A DNA stretch of 64,000 nucleotides from Vicugna vicugna (Eukaryota). The DNA is taken from positions 4,722,404 to 4,786,403 of the forward strand of contig MU058718.1 of assembly GCA_013265495.1 (NCBI GenBank), given 5' to 3'. The translations under genes were made by a program, and so were the position numbers. This document shows, in pieces, positions 38,651 through 52,483 of the stretch; position 1 is the stretch's first letter, and each line of letters opens with the position of its first letter. The notes beneath the pieces are model-generated. The model searched no databases. It saw nothing but the letters and a program-made list of their open reading frames with translations, and was not told where the DNA came from.

Positions 38651-39269
38651 CGTGCTGTCTTTTGAGGTTTTGAAATCCATGAAAAGTGTCTATTCTGACC
38701 ACAGACAATCTGCTGAGGAGCTTAGAAATGAGTTGTCAGGTTGCCCTTTGGTTCCTAAACCTGGTACTTCAGTTTTATTCCATCTCTCTCTCCATCATCT
38801 GCATCTCACTTGCCTGCCACTGACATTTTTCTCCCCAGCGGTTCTGATTGTAGGAAAATAGGGAATAATGATGATCACCGCAGGCCAGGAGAAGACTGAC
38901 ATGTGTGCACTTGTGTAGCCTGGATGTTCCTTGGCAACAGAAGGCTGTTTTGGGAAAATCTCCTCACCACAGTGCCAATTCTTTTACACTTTGGGGTTCC
39001 TTGAAAAGGAAGCATCTTTTGATGACAAACAATCACCTCATCATATTCAGTCACCTTCCCCACTGTGGGTGTTATGTTTGCTTGACTTTAGCTACAGACA
39101 CACCTTCTGTGTGTAGCTGTAACTGTGTGTATGTCGGTGCTGATTTTATGGTGGGTCATTGACAAGTAGAGTGGGATAACGGAGAATGGAGAGTGGAGGT
39201 GAGGTTACTGTCCTGACTCTCGTCTTCCTGTTGTAACCAGATTGTCAGAGTTGTTCAAATATGCTGCAT

Positions 39270-41380
39270 CCAATTGCCCAACCCCCTGGTCCCACTGGAG
39301 CTGCTTTTACAATGTTGTCTAGTTTATAAGCTCAATGGACAATTCTCACCTCTTATCTTACTTGACATTTTTATGTGCTTTTCACACATTCACCACTCAC
39401 TCCTTCCTAAAGAAAACTCTTTCCTTGGCGTGCCTGTCTTGTCATTGTTCTATATTTTTGTCCTCTGACTTCCTTGGTCACATCTCAGCCATCTTGAGAG
39501 TTTTCTGAACTATTCAATCTTTACATGATGAAGATTCTCAGGACCAAGCCCTCTATCCTTTGCACTGGACGTATTTGGACCCTAGGTGATTTCATTTGTT
39601 TCTGTGGCTTTAGATCTTTTTTCCAATGACCCCTAATGTTAAACTCTTAGCTCCAACCTCTGTCCAGGTTCAGGTCTATATGATAATCCTTCTTGGATGT
39701 ACTGTAGGCCCCTCAAAATGAACATGTTCAAACTCATGTTCTTCTCCCTCAGACTCGCCTTCCCATTATATCTCCAGCTCATCAAATGGCTGTACCCTTT
39801 ACCTGGCTGCTCATGCCAGAAACCTAGCTGGCATCCCTTTCCCTCACTATGCACATCCAGCTTCGTCATTGGTGTCATATCCTACTGAGTCTACATCCTG
39901 GATATCTCTTACACCTCTGCCCACCATCCTATTGTGAATTTCCACCATCTTTTTTCCTAAGCTGCTGCTGTAGACCCTACTTGATCTCTAAACAGTCTCT
40001 CTCCTAAGTACATTTTCCATTCAGTGCCCAGATTTATCTTCTTGATATGTGATCTGATCATGTCACACACTTCTCTCTAACATTATCCCCAAGCTGCCAT
40101 TTGATTTTATGATAAAAAGCCCACATTTTTAAAGGAACCCTCCTACACTGTTGGTGGGAATGTAAATTGGCACAGCCAATATGGAGGACAGTATGGAAGA
40201 TCTTTAAAAACTGAAAATAGAGCTGCCATAAGATCCAGCAATCCCACTCCTGGGCATATATCCAGAAAAGACAAAAATTAATTCAAAAAGATACATGCAC
40301 CCCAATGTTCATAGCAGCGCTATTTACAATAGCCAAGGCATGGAAGCAACCTAAATGTTCATCAGCAGGTGATTGGAGAAAGATGTTGTATACATATACA
40401 ATGGAATATTACTCAGCCATATAAAAGAATGAAATAATGCCATTTGCAGCAACATGGATGGACCTAAAGATTATCATACTAAGTGAACTAAGTCAGACAA
40501 AGACAAATACCATATGATAGTATATGTGGAATCTTAAAAAAATGACACAAATGAACTTATTTACAAAATAGAAATCAACACACAGACATAGAAAACATAC
40601 TTATGGTTACCAAAGGGGAAAGTGGCTGGGAGGAATAAATTAGGGGTTTGGGATTAACAGATACACACCACTATATATAAAATAGATGAACAATAAGGAC
40701 CTACTATACAGCACTGGGAACTATATTCAATGTCTTGTAGTAACCTATAATGGAAAAGAATCTGAAAAAGAATATGTATATATATGTATATGTACAACTG
40801 AATCACTTTACTGTATACATGAAACTAATACAACATTGTAAATCAACTATACTTCAACAAAAACAAAATTCAAAAAGAGTGAAAAAAATAAAAAAGAAAG
40901 CCCACATTCTTGACAGGCTTGGTTTCTTCTACCTCTTTGACCTCATTTTTGGCTATGCTCCCCCTTATGCATTATGCTTTCAGCTCATGGGCTTTCATTC
41001 AGCTCTTTGTCCTCATCTCGTCCTCCAGGGCTGCCTGGACCACTTTTCTCTTTGTTTCCACCCTTCTCCCAGACGCCAAGCTTGATCCACTTCTATTTAT
41101 CCTTCTGATCTCAGATTAGATGTTGCTCTCTTCATGAATATTTCCTTGACTGCTCCTTTCTAGCTGACAGACCCACACTATCATACACTCTTGCAACACT
41201 TTATACGTTTCCCTTGTCACACTCTATCATTTGGACAGATATTTGCTTAATATCTGTGTTTCTGCTAAGATGACAAGCTCCAAGCAGTATTTGAGCAGAG
41301 ACGTGTTAATTCTTAATGCCTTGCACAGTGTTCAACACAGAGTAGGCACTCATTATATACATTGATTGAATGAATGAATG
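39270..41380 (+). mobile_element. Long L2 fragment split by an L1 insertion
   Basis: CT-rich L2 ORF2-end motifs (CTCAATGGACAATTCTCA..., CTCAAAATGAACATGTTCAAA); terminus TGATTGAATGAATGAATG. Confidence 0.75.
40131..40896 (+). mobile_element. 5'-truncated L1 with poly(A) and TSD
   Basis: GGAACCCTCCTACACTGTTGGTGGGAATGTAAATTGG to A-rich tail; TSD AAAGCCCACATT (40116-40127 / 40897-40908). Confidence 0.92.
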
Positions 41381-41396
41381 TCCTTGGGGTGCCTAT

Positions 41397-41716
41397 AGAC
41401 CTATAATGTCTAATACAGTAGCCACTAGCACATGTGGCTTCCAAGCAGTTGAATGTGACCTGAAGTGAGATGTGCTGTAAGTGTAATACATACACTAGAT
41501 TTTAAAGACTTAATAAGAAAAAAAATGTATAATTATTCATTAATAAATTTTTCTTTTTACTACATGTTTACATGATATTGTGTTGGACATGTTGAGTTAA
41601 ATAAAATAGAATAGTAAAATTAATTTCATCTTTTTTAAAAAATCTTTTTAAATGGGGCTTCTAGAAAATTTAAATGACACGTGTGGCTTGCATTATATTC
41701 CTTTCGGACAGTGTTG
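41397..41716. mobile_element. MER33-like hAT-Charlie element
   Basis: TGTCTAATACAGTAGCCACTAGCACATGTGGC ... TTATATTCCTTTCGGACAGTGTTG. Confidence 0.8.
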
Positions 41717-42449
41717 TTATGGAGTATCACTTTGAACTGAAACTGAACATCAAAGCTTTCACACTCCCTTATATTAAAATATTAAAAGCCTCCATTTTAA
41801 AACTTTGTGCATTGTTCATACTGCAACCTCATTCTTTCCCTTTCCAGTGTGCTTGGTTACTAGGCTTGCGGGGTCGTCAGTCTCCCTGTCTTACACCTCC
41901 CTGCTCAGTTGCTAATTTCTCTGCGGTCACAAGGGTGCTTGAGAAAGATCTGTAATTGGCAGTCCCCTTAATAGTGACTGTGGGGAAAATGTGCCCTTGG
42001 TGCAGTGATAGTGCCCACTTGTCAAGGGATCGCTGTACTCATAAGTCTAAGAACTACGTGATTGGTATGTGAGTGAGAAATAGAAGGGGGTGTTTGTCCT
42101 TGAAACATTTCCTTCTCCGAGTCTGACTAAGCCACGTAGCAATGGTTTTGGCATCTGCTAATGAACAGTCCCTCCTCCACCCCTCCACACCGTTGCTTAG
42201 ATTTCAAAAAGAGTTATTTGAAATATCTGATTTTTCTCTATTTTCCCTTAAAAATATGAAGAGTCTCTGTTGGGAGGCTTTACATTTGTCCTACACATTT
42301 TATTGTTTTTGCCTCTGCTGCATTTGTGCTGGTGATCTATTTTGAATATTTGTCGTAGTGAACTGACTTAATTTGAACATTGCAGGGAAAAAGCACCATT
42401 TTCCAGTTACCCGTTACCTCAGTGTTACTTAATCTATTTGAATGCTGTA

Positions 42450-42983
42450 TGTATTAGTCAGGATTCTCCAGGGAAACCCAACCAATATATATCTAGACCT
42501 ATACTAGATCCACTTCTATGTCTAGATAGATATGAGGAGGTATAGGATAGAATTTGGCTCATGTGATATGGAGGTCAAGTTCCACAGTCTGCTGTCTACA
42601 AGCTGGGAACCCAGGAGAACTGGTATGATTCAGTCTGAGTCTGACGCCCTAAGAACCAGGGGAGCTGATGTTGTTAAGTCCTTCTTTGAGTTCAAAGCTC
42701 CCAAGAACTAGGAGTGCTGACGTCCAAGGATGGAAGATGAATGTCTCATCTTAGGCAAAGAGAGGAAATTCTCCCTTCCTCTGCCTTTTGGTTCTACCCA
42801 GGCCCTCAACAGATTGGGTGATGCCCACCCACATTGGTGGGGGCCATCTTCTTTACTCAGTCTACCTATTCCGTTGCTAATCTCTTCCAGAAACACCGCA
42901 TAGACACACCCAGAACTGATGTTTTACCAGCAGTCTGGGTACCCTTACTCCAGTCAAATTGACACACAAAATCAACCATCACA
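42450..42983 (-). mobile_element. ERVL solo LTR (MLT2C/D-like)
   Basis: TGTATTAGTCAGGATTCTCCAG ... TGACACACAAAATCAACCATCACA; 5-bp TSD CTGTA / CTGCA. Confidence 0.88.
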
Positions 42984-45900
42984 CTGCAGATACGATGGAC
43001 CGTTCACAAAATAGAATAGAAATGCTTTGGCTTTGTCTTCGAGGAATTTGTACTCAGATTCCTTACACTCTCAGTCTGGACTTTGTAACGGTCTAAGGCA
43101 GGCTTTGCCTGGGAAGGGAGAATTACACGAGAGAAGCACACCGACTGAGGTTCTCTGGGTTTTAAGTTGGCTTTGTGTTTGTGCCCAGCAGTGTCTGATT
43201 AGGTTCATCATTAATGTTTGCATTTTAACTCTGATCATGTTCAGAAAAAATCATCCTTGTTCCCTATGAATCGCCCTGTTAGAAGGGCTGCTTTTTCCAT
43301 CTTCAGTTGATCAATACCCAGGGCATACAGAGTCTAGTTGTCTATCTTTCTGTGACTGTTGGCAGCACGAGGCCATCAGAATGGACTATTCTGAGCCCTG
43401 AATGGTGTAAAAGAACCTCCTTGATAGGCCCCCTTGCTCTCTGTGTCACATGTTTATGAGAAATAGAGGAGTTGTTTTTAACTTGGTGGGTGTTGTTCTG
43501 GCTGAGTGGTCCTTGTCTCGCGAGCAGAGCCCAGGGGAGGCGCAGGTGGGCTTCAGGTTTAGTGGCCTCCTTGTTACGTCTCAGACTCACTGGCTCATCC
43601 AGGTTGTCAGGATGTGAAGAGACACCTGAAGAAAGGTCTTGCAAGCCCCTCACCACACAACCCACTTGTCATTGGGGATGTCAAGAAAATAAGTGCCACT
43701 TGGGTGAGTCCTGCACAGATGCTATGGACCCCTGAAGTGTCTACTACGTACCCATCCACTTACTTATCAGGTATTTTATTTTACTGTTTAATTCACTTTA
43801 TTTAAGCCAAAACAAAGCAGTTAACTCATATCTCCTACCCTCCTACCCCCACCTGTATTTTAATTGTGCTTTTCTCTCTCTGATGCTTAATTTACAAGAA
43901 TAAAACATGTCAGCTTCCAGAAGTAACTTGTTTGATTCTTTTTCTCCCCTTGAAAAAGCAATTTTTTCTAATATCCCCAGCAAAGCAGGAGATGTGATTT
44001 CAAGTAGGTGAAAGCAGAATAAACTTTATTTTAAAAACTGTCAATCATTAATTGATTAAATCCATAAAACAAAGGACCAAGAGATGTCAAAGATTTGGAG
44101 TCAGGCCTGAGAAAATTAAAATAAAGCAATTAAAAAATATCATAAGTTTGAGGAAAATAATCTGACCTTTACCCCCAAAACTCTTTTGATCTTTATCATG
44201 CAATGGAGTCAGACTGTAGCAGGCTGTGTTATTGCAGACTTCCCGTCACCCTCTCTTACTCTGGGAACTCCTCTTTGCTCAGGACAAAATCCAGTGGTAG
44301 GTGTGAGGTGCTTTCAAAATCCCTGGCCAGAGTTGGCCTCCTGACCTGAGCTTGGGTGTTCATGTCCTCCTGGGGTTTTTAAATTTGCCAAGTGAGAGCT
44401 GATGAAGTGTCCTCTCCCTGGTGGTGAAAGTCATAGGAAGTCACAGGAGGTAAACTGCTGAGTGCTGCCCAGAACTTGCTATTTGGAGAAGTTAGGAGGC
44501 AGTGAAAGGGGATGGGGGCAGGGGGTGGTGGTGGAGAGCGAAAGAGATTTTTCTTTAGTTGTGGTCAGGCTGCTGTGCTTGACTCTGGCCCTGCACTTTC
44601 TGCTGTTTGCTTAGATGATCTCCTTGGATTTCATGAGCTGGTCTGCTTAACCTGATTTAATTTTTTTCTCTCTTTGCAATCAAGATAGTCATGATTCCTA
44701 CACTGTCTTTAAAGCTATTTTCAGAGGACAATAGGGATTTGACAACATAGCTTTCAAATTGCTTATAATATCCAAGTAAAAGGCTTGCTAATTTGGCTTT
44801 CTTTGGGAGTAATTTCCAGTTATAGGTACTCAAGTATTTCACTTCAACATAACATATTATAGCAAATATTCTCTTGTGTACGTTTGGTGCGGTGTTTAGT
44901 ATACAGTGCCAACCAGCGTAGGGAGAAAATCTCTTTCGTATAAAGTCCAATTTTATGACTGGTCTTAGACATTAAATTAAATTTAGACATTAAATCATTA
45001 AGCCATTAAATCACTGAATCATGAAATCACATTGATTCCGTCTTCACCGTTAAGATGAGAAAGTTTTAATTTCCTGAAACTTCCTGTTGCAGCTGGTGCA
45101 GGTGGAGTGAAGGGTGCTCTAGCTTTGCTGTAGCTGGTGGAGAACGCTGCCCAAGTAAAGCCTCAGAGAAGAGAATCCCAGCGAGACCGTACTTTTGCTT
45201 CCAAAAAACCTTTGACTCACCATCTTGGTGACCTGTCAGGTAAGACTGGTCCCCTTCTGATGGGGGGCGGGCTCTCAGTTTAGATGAATAATGACCTGAA
45301 GTAACTAGTGCGGAATTATTGTCTGGTTTGTTTCTTTTTCTTGATTTTATTCCTTCTGAAAGAAAATGGCTCTGACCCCAAATTTTAAAAGATGTCTATA
45401 TTTCAACTGAAGCAAACAACATCAGTCTGACTGAGATCAAGATGAGCAGTGTATCATTTGTAACATCTGAAGCAATTTTTTTCCTCCAATTTCCTGAGGG
45501 TTGGAGGACAGTTGCTATTTAAAAAGACATTTCTCATCGGCATTCAGATCTTTGCCAGAGCATGAGTATAAGCCTAATGGTTCTGTGTCTAGCATCTACA
45601 CGTGGAACCCATGTCAAAAGACTTTTCTTAGTGTTAAATACTTCGGTACTGTTTTATTCTTTACACCTACAGATGATTTGCTGAACGTTATTTTTCTAAG
45701 TCTAAACTGCAGCATACTTAGACAAAGTCCGTCTGCCTAAGACATTACTCATGAAGATCCTCCTTAACTGGGTTTGCCTGGCCTTGAGAGACAGTAGTGA
45801 TGAGCCCCACCTCCCCAAACTATATGACTCTGTGGTTGTCATATCTGGAAGTATTCTTTAAATCAGATAATAAAACATTTGTAGAGACTGACTGAATTAA

Positions 45901-46799
45901 TGTGAACTACAAACAACCTCCTATATACATTTCTATACAACACAGTGTAAGGTTGGATAGTATTTTTTAAAACAAATTTCCAACTCCATCTTCAAAGAGG
46001 AGATTACTACCCAAAACCATATCATTAAAAATACAGGTTCTGTTAACATCATTCAGAACTTTTTTCTTTGTGCCCTAATGCTTGCGTCCTGGGGTATCGG
46101 CCCTGGCTGTCCACCACTTGTCACTGTGACCTGGGCTTTCCTCAAACACGAATGAATCACTTATTAATCGATTGGTTCCTGCTGAAGATTGTACTTCCCT
46201 CAAATAGGCTACGGAAAAAATGAGCCGGCTTTGCCTGTTAAGGGAAATGACTCACGGGGTGTCAGCACGTTGTGCCTGCTTTCCCTCTGAGCGCTCGGTC
46301 TCTTTGTGGAAAGTACGAATTTTCTGTGCTCAGGGACCAAGGAGGACAATTATTTACTCTTACTTATGAGAAGAGTCACTTCCTTCCTTGAGTCCAGGCC
46401 AGAAATAGACCTGTCCCACTTTGCACAGCACTCCAATATGTTTTCTAAAACCCCAGAAAGCCTTCCCCAAACAGCAACATCTCAAAATCATCACTCAGTT
46501 ACTCCATGCCCCATATTGTGTGGGCTTTAAAAAATCAACTTTTTTCCCCCGTGAAAAACAGCCATACCCAGCATTTTTTCTATGAAATGTCTGGTGACGT
46601 TGGGTTTATGCTAGTGATTTTCAGCTTTGTAAGGTAAAGTTAAACTTAAAAAAAAACCTCATTAGAAGCCAGACCACATTTTGATAGTTTTGCTTTATTT
46701 AACCATAACCTTTTTGGGAGTGAGAGTGCCTCAGGAAGCTTCCAGAAGGCTTGACTGAAGTGTGTCAGTGGTGGAGACGATCAAGGAGCACATACAAGA

Positions 46800-47837
46800 A
46801 TATAAAATGGTACAGCCGTATGGAAAACAGTAGGTTTCTCAAAGAATTAAAAATACCACTGCCAAATGATCCAGCAATTCTACTGCTGGATATGTATCCA
46901 CAGGAAATGAAATCAGTACCTCAGAGAGATGTCTGCACGCTCATGTTCATCACAGCATTATTCACCAAAGCCAAGGTATGGAAACACCCTAAATGTCCAC
47001 CAATGGATGCATGGATGAAGGAGATGTGGCATACAAATACAATGGAGTCTTATTCGTCATAAAAAGAAGGAAATCCTGCCACTTGCAACAATAAGGATGA
47101 GCCTAGAGGACATTATGTGAAGTGAAATAAGCCAGACACAGAAAGAAAATACCAAATCATCTCACTTACATGTTAGAGCTTGTTTGGAGGTTCTAGCAGG
47201 AGAATGCAGCTACTCGTGAACCCTTGCCCAAGTAGAACGGTCCTCCTCTATCGAGGATGGTCGTCCTCTTCCACTGAGTGTGCAGCTTCGGGAGGGACAC
47301 ACATGGAGTGGTGAGGGAGGAAGGGGACACCCGCTTAGCCAGCCAGATCAGCCTAGCCGAACCAACCCTGGCGATCAATGGAGTGACATATGTCGCAGCC
47401 GGATCGCCCTCACATCCTATCTCACTTATATGTGGATTCTAAAATATTTGAACTCATAGAAGCAGAAAGTAGAACAGTGACTGCCAGCAGTTGGGGTTTG
47501 GGGAAAGTGGGGAAATGTTGGTCAAAGACTATACGCTTTTAATTAAGAGATGAGCATGCCCTGGTGACCTAATGTGCTGTGTGGTGACTACAGTTAACAG
47601 CACAGTATTCAACACTTGACGTCTGCTAAGAGAGTAAGTATATCTTTGATGTTCTTACCACACACACACACACGCCCACCGATGGTAACTACGTGAGGGT
47701 GATGGATGTGAAATTAACTTCGTTGTGATAATCATTTCACAATATATATGTACAGCAAATCACGCCATTGTGTACCTTAAATATACACAATTTTATTTGT
47801 TAATCATACCTCAGTAAAGCTGGAAACAGAAAAGAAA
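46800..47837 (+). mobile_element. L1 (L1MA8/9-like) 3' portion, host of the 7SK copy
   Basis: Peptide resembles the ORF2 end (KIPLPNDPAILLLDMYP...KCP); 3'UTR ends TACCTCAGTAAAGCTGGAAA. Confidence 0.88.
47175..47417 (-). pseudogene. RN7SK: 7SK snRNA retropseudogene, 3'-truncated (~nt 1-240), no poly(A) tail
   Basis: Reverse complement reads GGATGTGAGGGCGATCCGGCTGCGACATATGTCACTCCATTGATCGCCAGGGTTG ... CTGCTAGAACCTCCAAACAAGCTCT, colinear with 7SK from its first base; TSD ATCTCACTTACATGT (47159-47173) / ATCTCACTTATATGT (47419-47433). Confidence 0.96.
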
Positions 47838-49179
47838 CAGCGGTGACTGTAGTGCAAGTCCAGCTGTTTCAATGTTCGCGGCGGCAGGTGCAGGCAGCAC
47901 TCGACTGCATGATGTGTGCAGACAGTGATGTGCGATAAATGATCCTTTCTGAGGCCCGCGGCATGTGGTGATGCCCTTAGGGCCCTGGAAAAGGATGTAA
48001 AAGTAAGGTTGAGTGGCTTTCTGTGTCTTCCTGAATTTGTTTAAGCCATAAGATGGCCTGTCTAAAATGTCTTGTAGACTGAAAAGTATGAGGGGCTGAG
48101 GGAAGCGGGAAAATTCAGAGGAGTCTGATGGATCTAAATTTAGATGGTAATAGGTAATTACTTTGGACAGGGTTCTTGGATGAGAGCAGATGACAAAAAG
48201 TGGTGGGTAGGTTGATGGGGAGCTCAGATGGAGAGTCTATCAGAGTGATCTGGGTGAATATCCCACAGTGAACTAGGCTGAGATTGTTAGTTGAGAAATG
48301 GATTTTCTAAATATTCATTATTTAGGAAAAAAGATGGTACCAGTCGGAAGGATAGAAAGTAATGAAAGTGAGTAAGAAATATTGAGATGTAGCTGAGGAC
48401 AATACCACGGAGGTCATTACGATGTTTTCTATAGGATGGTAGTAATTAGACACCAAAATGATGCATCCACTGGATTGAACTTGGAGCAGTTGGTTCTTAG
48501 GGACTTGAGTATTTTTGTTTCGTTGTTTAGTTTGAGGCATTCTAGTGACCTGTCCTTTCCTTATAATATTTACATGGTCCCTTTTACATGCAATTCAATG
48601 TTAATTAATACTAGTCTTTAGTATACTGGTTATTTCCATTTGTATGCTGAGAATTATTCTTGTGTACATTGTGGGTGGGGGGATGGTTAAACAAGACAAA
48701 CTGTGAGAGTTCATGTAGAAAACATTAGAACTTTCATTTAAATTTATCATGTGTATATTACATACGTGAGAAAGAAATTAAGCTTTATTAACATTTAATA
48801 TGCACATTGGTGCTGGCTCCTTTCCTTAGCGTGCATGTCACATGTCATGCGTCCCAAAGAAATGCGATGAGAGACACAGGGGCTCTGCAGTTAGTCCTTA
48901 ACCCCTGTGCTCACTCTCAGCATGCTGCAATGTTTTGCAGGTCATTTGCACCTGGCTAAGTACATCTGTGGATTATAGTCTAGATGTAAATAAAAACCCT
49001 CAAAAATGGACAAGCTGTTTAAAAAGATTCTAACCAAAGAATCTGGGCTTAAAGATAAACTAGAAATGCCAGGAACTACAAGGGAATCACTGAGCTGAGA
49101 CTCCTAGCCTTAATTTTAACTCTTTATCAATCACATCACAAACCAATCACAGCTTGAAGCCATCAAGAAGAGGTTAAAA

Positions 49180-49381
49180 ACTACTAATTTACGGTTGTTA
49201 ATCATCAATCTTATTCAAAATACTTATTATATCAAATGATAGTAGGGAAGAACAATAGTACACGCATATATTTATAAACAAACAAACAAACAAACAAACA
49301 TACATACATATCCTGGCGGTGAGTACTCAAAATTTTTTCCCAAGGGGCTGGATATATGATTAAAAAATTTGGAGACCGCTG
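49180..49381. mobile_element. hAT-Charlie-type fragment (MER113-like) with (CAAA)n
   Basis: Terminus ATGATTAAAAAATTTGGAGACCGCTG. Confidence 0.45.
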
Positions 49382-52354
49382 CTCTTGATTATTTCTGTAG
49401 CATACAGCATGCTTTTCAATCTTCTGACATCTGTTTAAAGTTATTAAGATACCTAGATGTGCAACTCACAGTTTTATTAGAGAAAGTTACAGGGATGTTA
49501 TGAATCCTTGACGGCAGTGAGATTGGGTGACGATGCCCCTCTGAGCTTCAGGGTGCTGGACCCCTTACATTTTGCTTCTCTACCAACTTACGCTGTTCAG
49601 TTGTGTCTGGTCTGCCCAGGAGGCTTCCTTGCCAATAACAAGCCTCTCTTTTATGCTATCAATAGGAAGACTGCATTTTTTTTTTTCAGTCCAAAAAGCA
49701 GGACAGGGCATGTAATAGTGGAACACTTAAAGTCAGATATGTTTTGAAAATCTGGGATGCCTGATTGCCATGGCTAAAGTGTATATGTGTATAACGAATG
49801 CTAGGCAAGTGAAAGCTCAAAATTACTCTTGACTGTCTGAGACAAAGACTCTTTTCAAGCATGAGTGTATGTGGAAGGATGAGGTCTCTGCGTTGCCTTT
49901 GTTAAACACCGCATGTACTCAAACTTCAGTTCAGTGATCGCCCAGTTTTTCAGGGTTTGGGTTCGGTTGGAATACGACTCACAGTATGTAAATGAGGCAG
50001 TAATCATGTCTGCACTTTAAACGGTGCTGGGTCTGAGATCAAGACAAATTTGGCATGTTTTACGTCCTGTGTTCCTAATTATTTGATCAGAGTTGATTAC
50101 CCTTTAGTTCCACTAGGGAATGTAATTGGTTAGACATCTGTAATTCAGTTTCATGTGTTTGTTTTGGGTGCATATGTTTTTATGTCGATATTTGTGCGTT
50201 TTTAGTTTTCCTCCCAATACTTAGTGTTAAAGCAGATACTAAAAAAGAAGATAATTTCCATTCTACCATGATGGCTCAGGGTACGGGTGTAAGTAGTTTC
50301 CATAGCTCAGATTTCTCCCATTTCTCAGCTGATTTATTGTAGTCCTTTCAGTAGCTTGTTGTTTATTTATTTTATAACCAGTCTTCCACATCTACTTTTT
50401 AAGTCATAATTTGCTTTTAGGATGGCTTAGAAAGAGTATTATTTTTGAAAATATTTTCTCCAGAGATTATTTTATACAGTAGAAGTTTTTTTTTGTTAAA
50501 CAAATTTTGTATCACTTAATATCTTCTATAATAGAAAAATATAATGAATTACACCAGATAGGAAATAAGCCCAAGGCGTATCTTTGAAAGAACTCAGGAT
50601 ATATACCTCAGAGAAGTGTCAATTTTAATTGAATAAGGACTCTGTCTTAGAACCAGCAGATTGTCTTTTTCACTTTACTTGTTATGAGTGATATTACAGA
50701 CTTACTAAATAAGTTTTCTTTCCTTTTTTAAGAATGGAAATTAATTGAATGAACTAATGTCAATTGTAATAGGTTCTGATTGACCAGACACAGATTGCGT
50801 TTGGGTAAATCAAACAAGCTTTATCCAGAGGTTACAGAAGGAGGTCACAGCAATATTATCCAGTGACAGACATAGGAGTAAGTTTCCAGGTCACCTAAAA
50901 AGGACCTCCCCAGTGGGTACGCTATGGTGGGTGGGGAGTCCGAGTGACCGGTTTTTACATCAAAACTTCTGGAAGCTCAGCGCTGACATCTATGCCCAGC
51001 CTCTTAAGCCTGAGGCTGGAGCAGTTCTGCACGTGTAGTTTGGATGTGGGCTGGGAACACTCATCCGAGCCAGATGCATCTCATCCACGCTGGTGTTAAA
51101 AAATATACAAAAGGTCTCCTGTGTGTGTGGTTCAGTAAACACACTTAAGCTTGAACACAGTGCTCATTTATCACCTTCAGGCTCCCAAGGTCCTCAAAGC
51201 CTGGGCTTCCAGTGTCCCTGAACTGAGAGCCACAAAACAAGGATGGGGTCGGTTACCCAGACAACTCCAGATACAGGCTAGCAGGTCTTGAGACGAGTAG
51301 TAGGGTTATCCTGCATGTATAAATGCAAACTCCCTGTAATCACCCCACCCAGAGAAATCCAGCATTTACATTCCGGGGGATATTTCCCTAGGCATTTCCA
51401 AAACAAAATCATCCCAGGATGCTGTTTAATCATTTGTTTTTACCTTGACAAAATACTACAGCCGTCTTATAGACACCTTTTCATATTAATAAATATTGTC
51501 TGTAATTATGTCATTATTTTAATGGCTACATAATATTCTATGATATAGTTTTCTATTACCAGTTGCCAATCAGCTATTGATCAGCATTTATGTTGTTTTT
51601 ATCTTTTTTGTTATTATAAAAATGCTGCATTGAATTTCCTGTAGTTATGTTGTCAAGTTAATTTTTTTTTCCTCTCTCCTATCAAATTCTCTTACACAGT
51701 TTGTGGGGAGAAAGCTCATTATGTAATGACATTTTTTAAGTGCTTCATGAAGGACATTTTAACCGTGGATTGTCTGCCAACAAATAATGGTTAGAAACTG
51801 GCCAAGGGTAGAGGGTAGTCTTAGACTAAATTAATTAAACCAGGAAAAAGAATGTTTTGATCAGGAAGGCGTTGTTTTTCTTCTAGGTCAAGTTTGTCAT
51901 AGTATAATTTACATAGAGTAAAATTTACCTTTTTTAGGTGTTTGGTTCCATGAATATTGATAAGTGCATATATAGAGGTAAAATCTTTTTATCTAACTTT
52001 TCCTTCACTCTGAAATGTTCCCTCATGCCTCATTTTTTTATATTGTGTTATTTTTTAAAATTAAAGTATAGTTGATTTACAATGTTGTGTTAGTTTCCAG
52101 TGTACAGCATAATGATTCATATATATATATATCTATACACATATTATTTTTCATTATAGGTATTGCAAGCTACTGAATACAATTCCCTGTGCTATATATA
52201 GTAGGACCTTGTTGTTTATCTATTCTGTATATAGCAGTTTATACCTGCTAATTCGAAACTCCCAACTTATCCCTCCCCACCTTTTCCTTTTGGTAACCAT
52301 AAGTTTGTTTTCTGGGTCTGTATATCTGTTTTGTAAATACATTATGTCATTTTT

Positions 52355-52483
52355 CCTCTTTTTTTTTTTGGAGGGGGAAGTAATTAGGTTTAATTATTTA
52401 TTTTTAGAGGATGTACTGGGGATTGAAACCAGGATCTCCTGCATGCTAAGCATGCGCTCTGCCACTGAGCTATACCCTCCCCC
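52355..52483 (-). mobile_element. tRNA-derived SINE (Vic-1 type)
   Basis: GGGGATTGAAACCAGG...CCACTGAGCTATACCCTCCCC; TSD TGTCATTTTT (52345-52354 / 52490-52499). Confidence 0.9.

Noticed and set aside
44965..45035. Low-complexity CATTAAAT/AATCA repeats
   Set aside because: Irregular slippage-type AT-rich repeats with no fixed period
47175..47417. Functional 7SK gene
   Set aside because: Lacks the 3' ~90 nt and the poly(T) terminator, has many substitutions, sits inside an L1 with a TSD and has no upstream Pol III promoter
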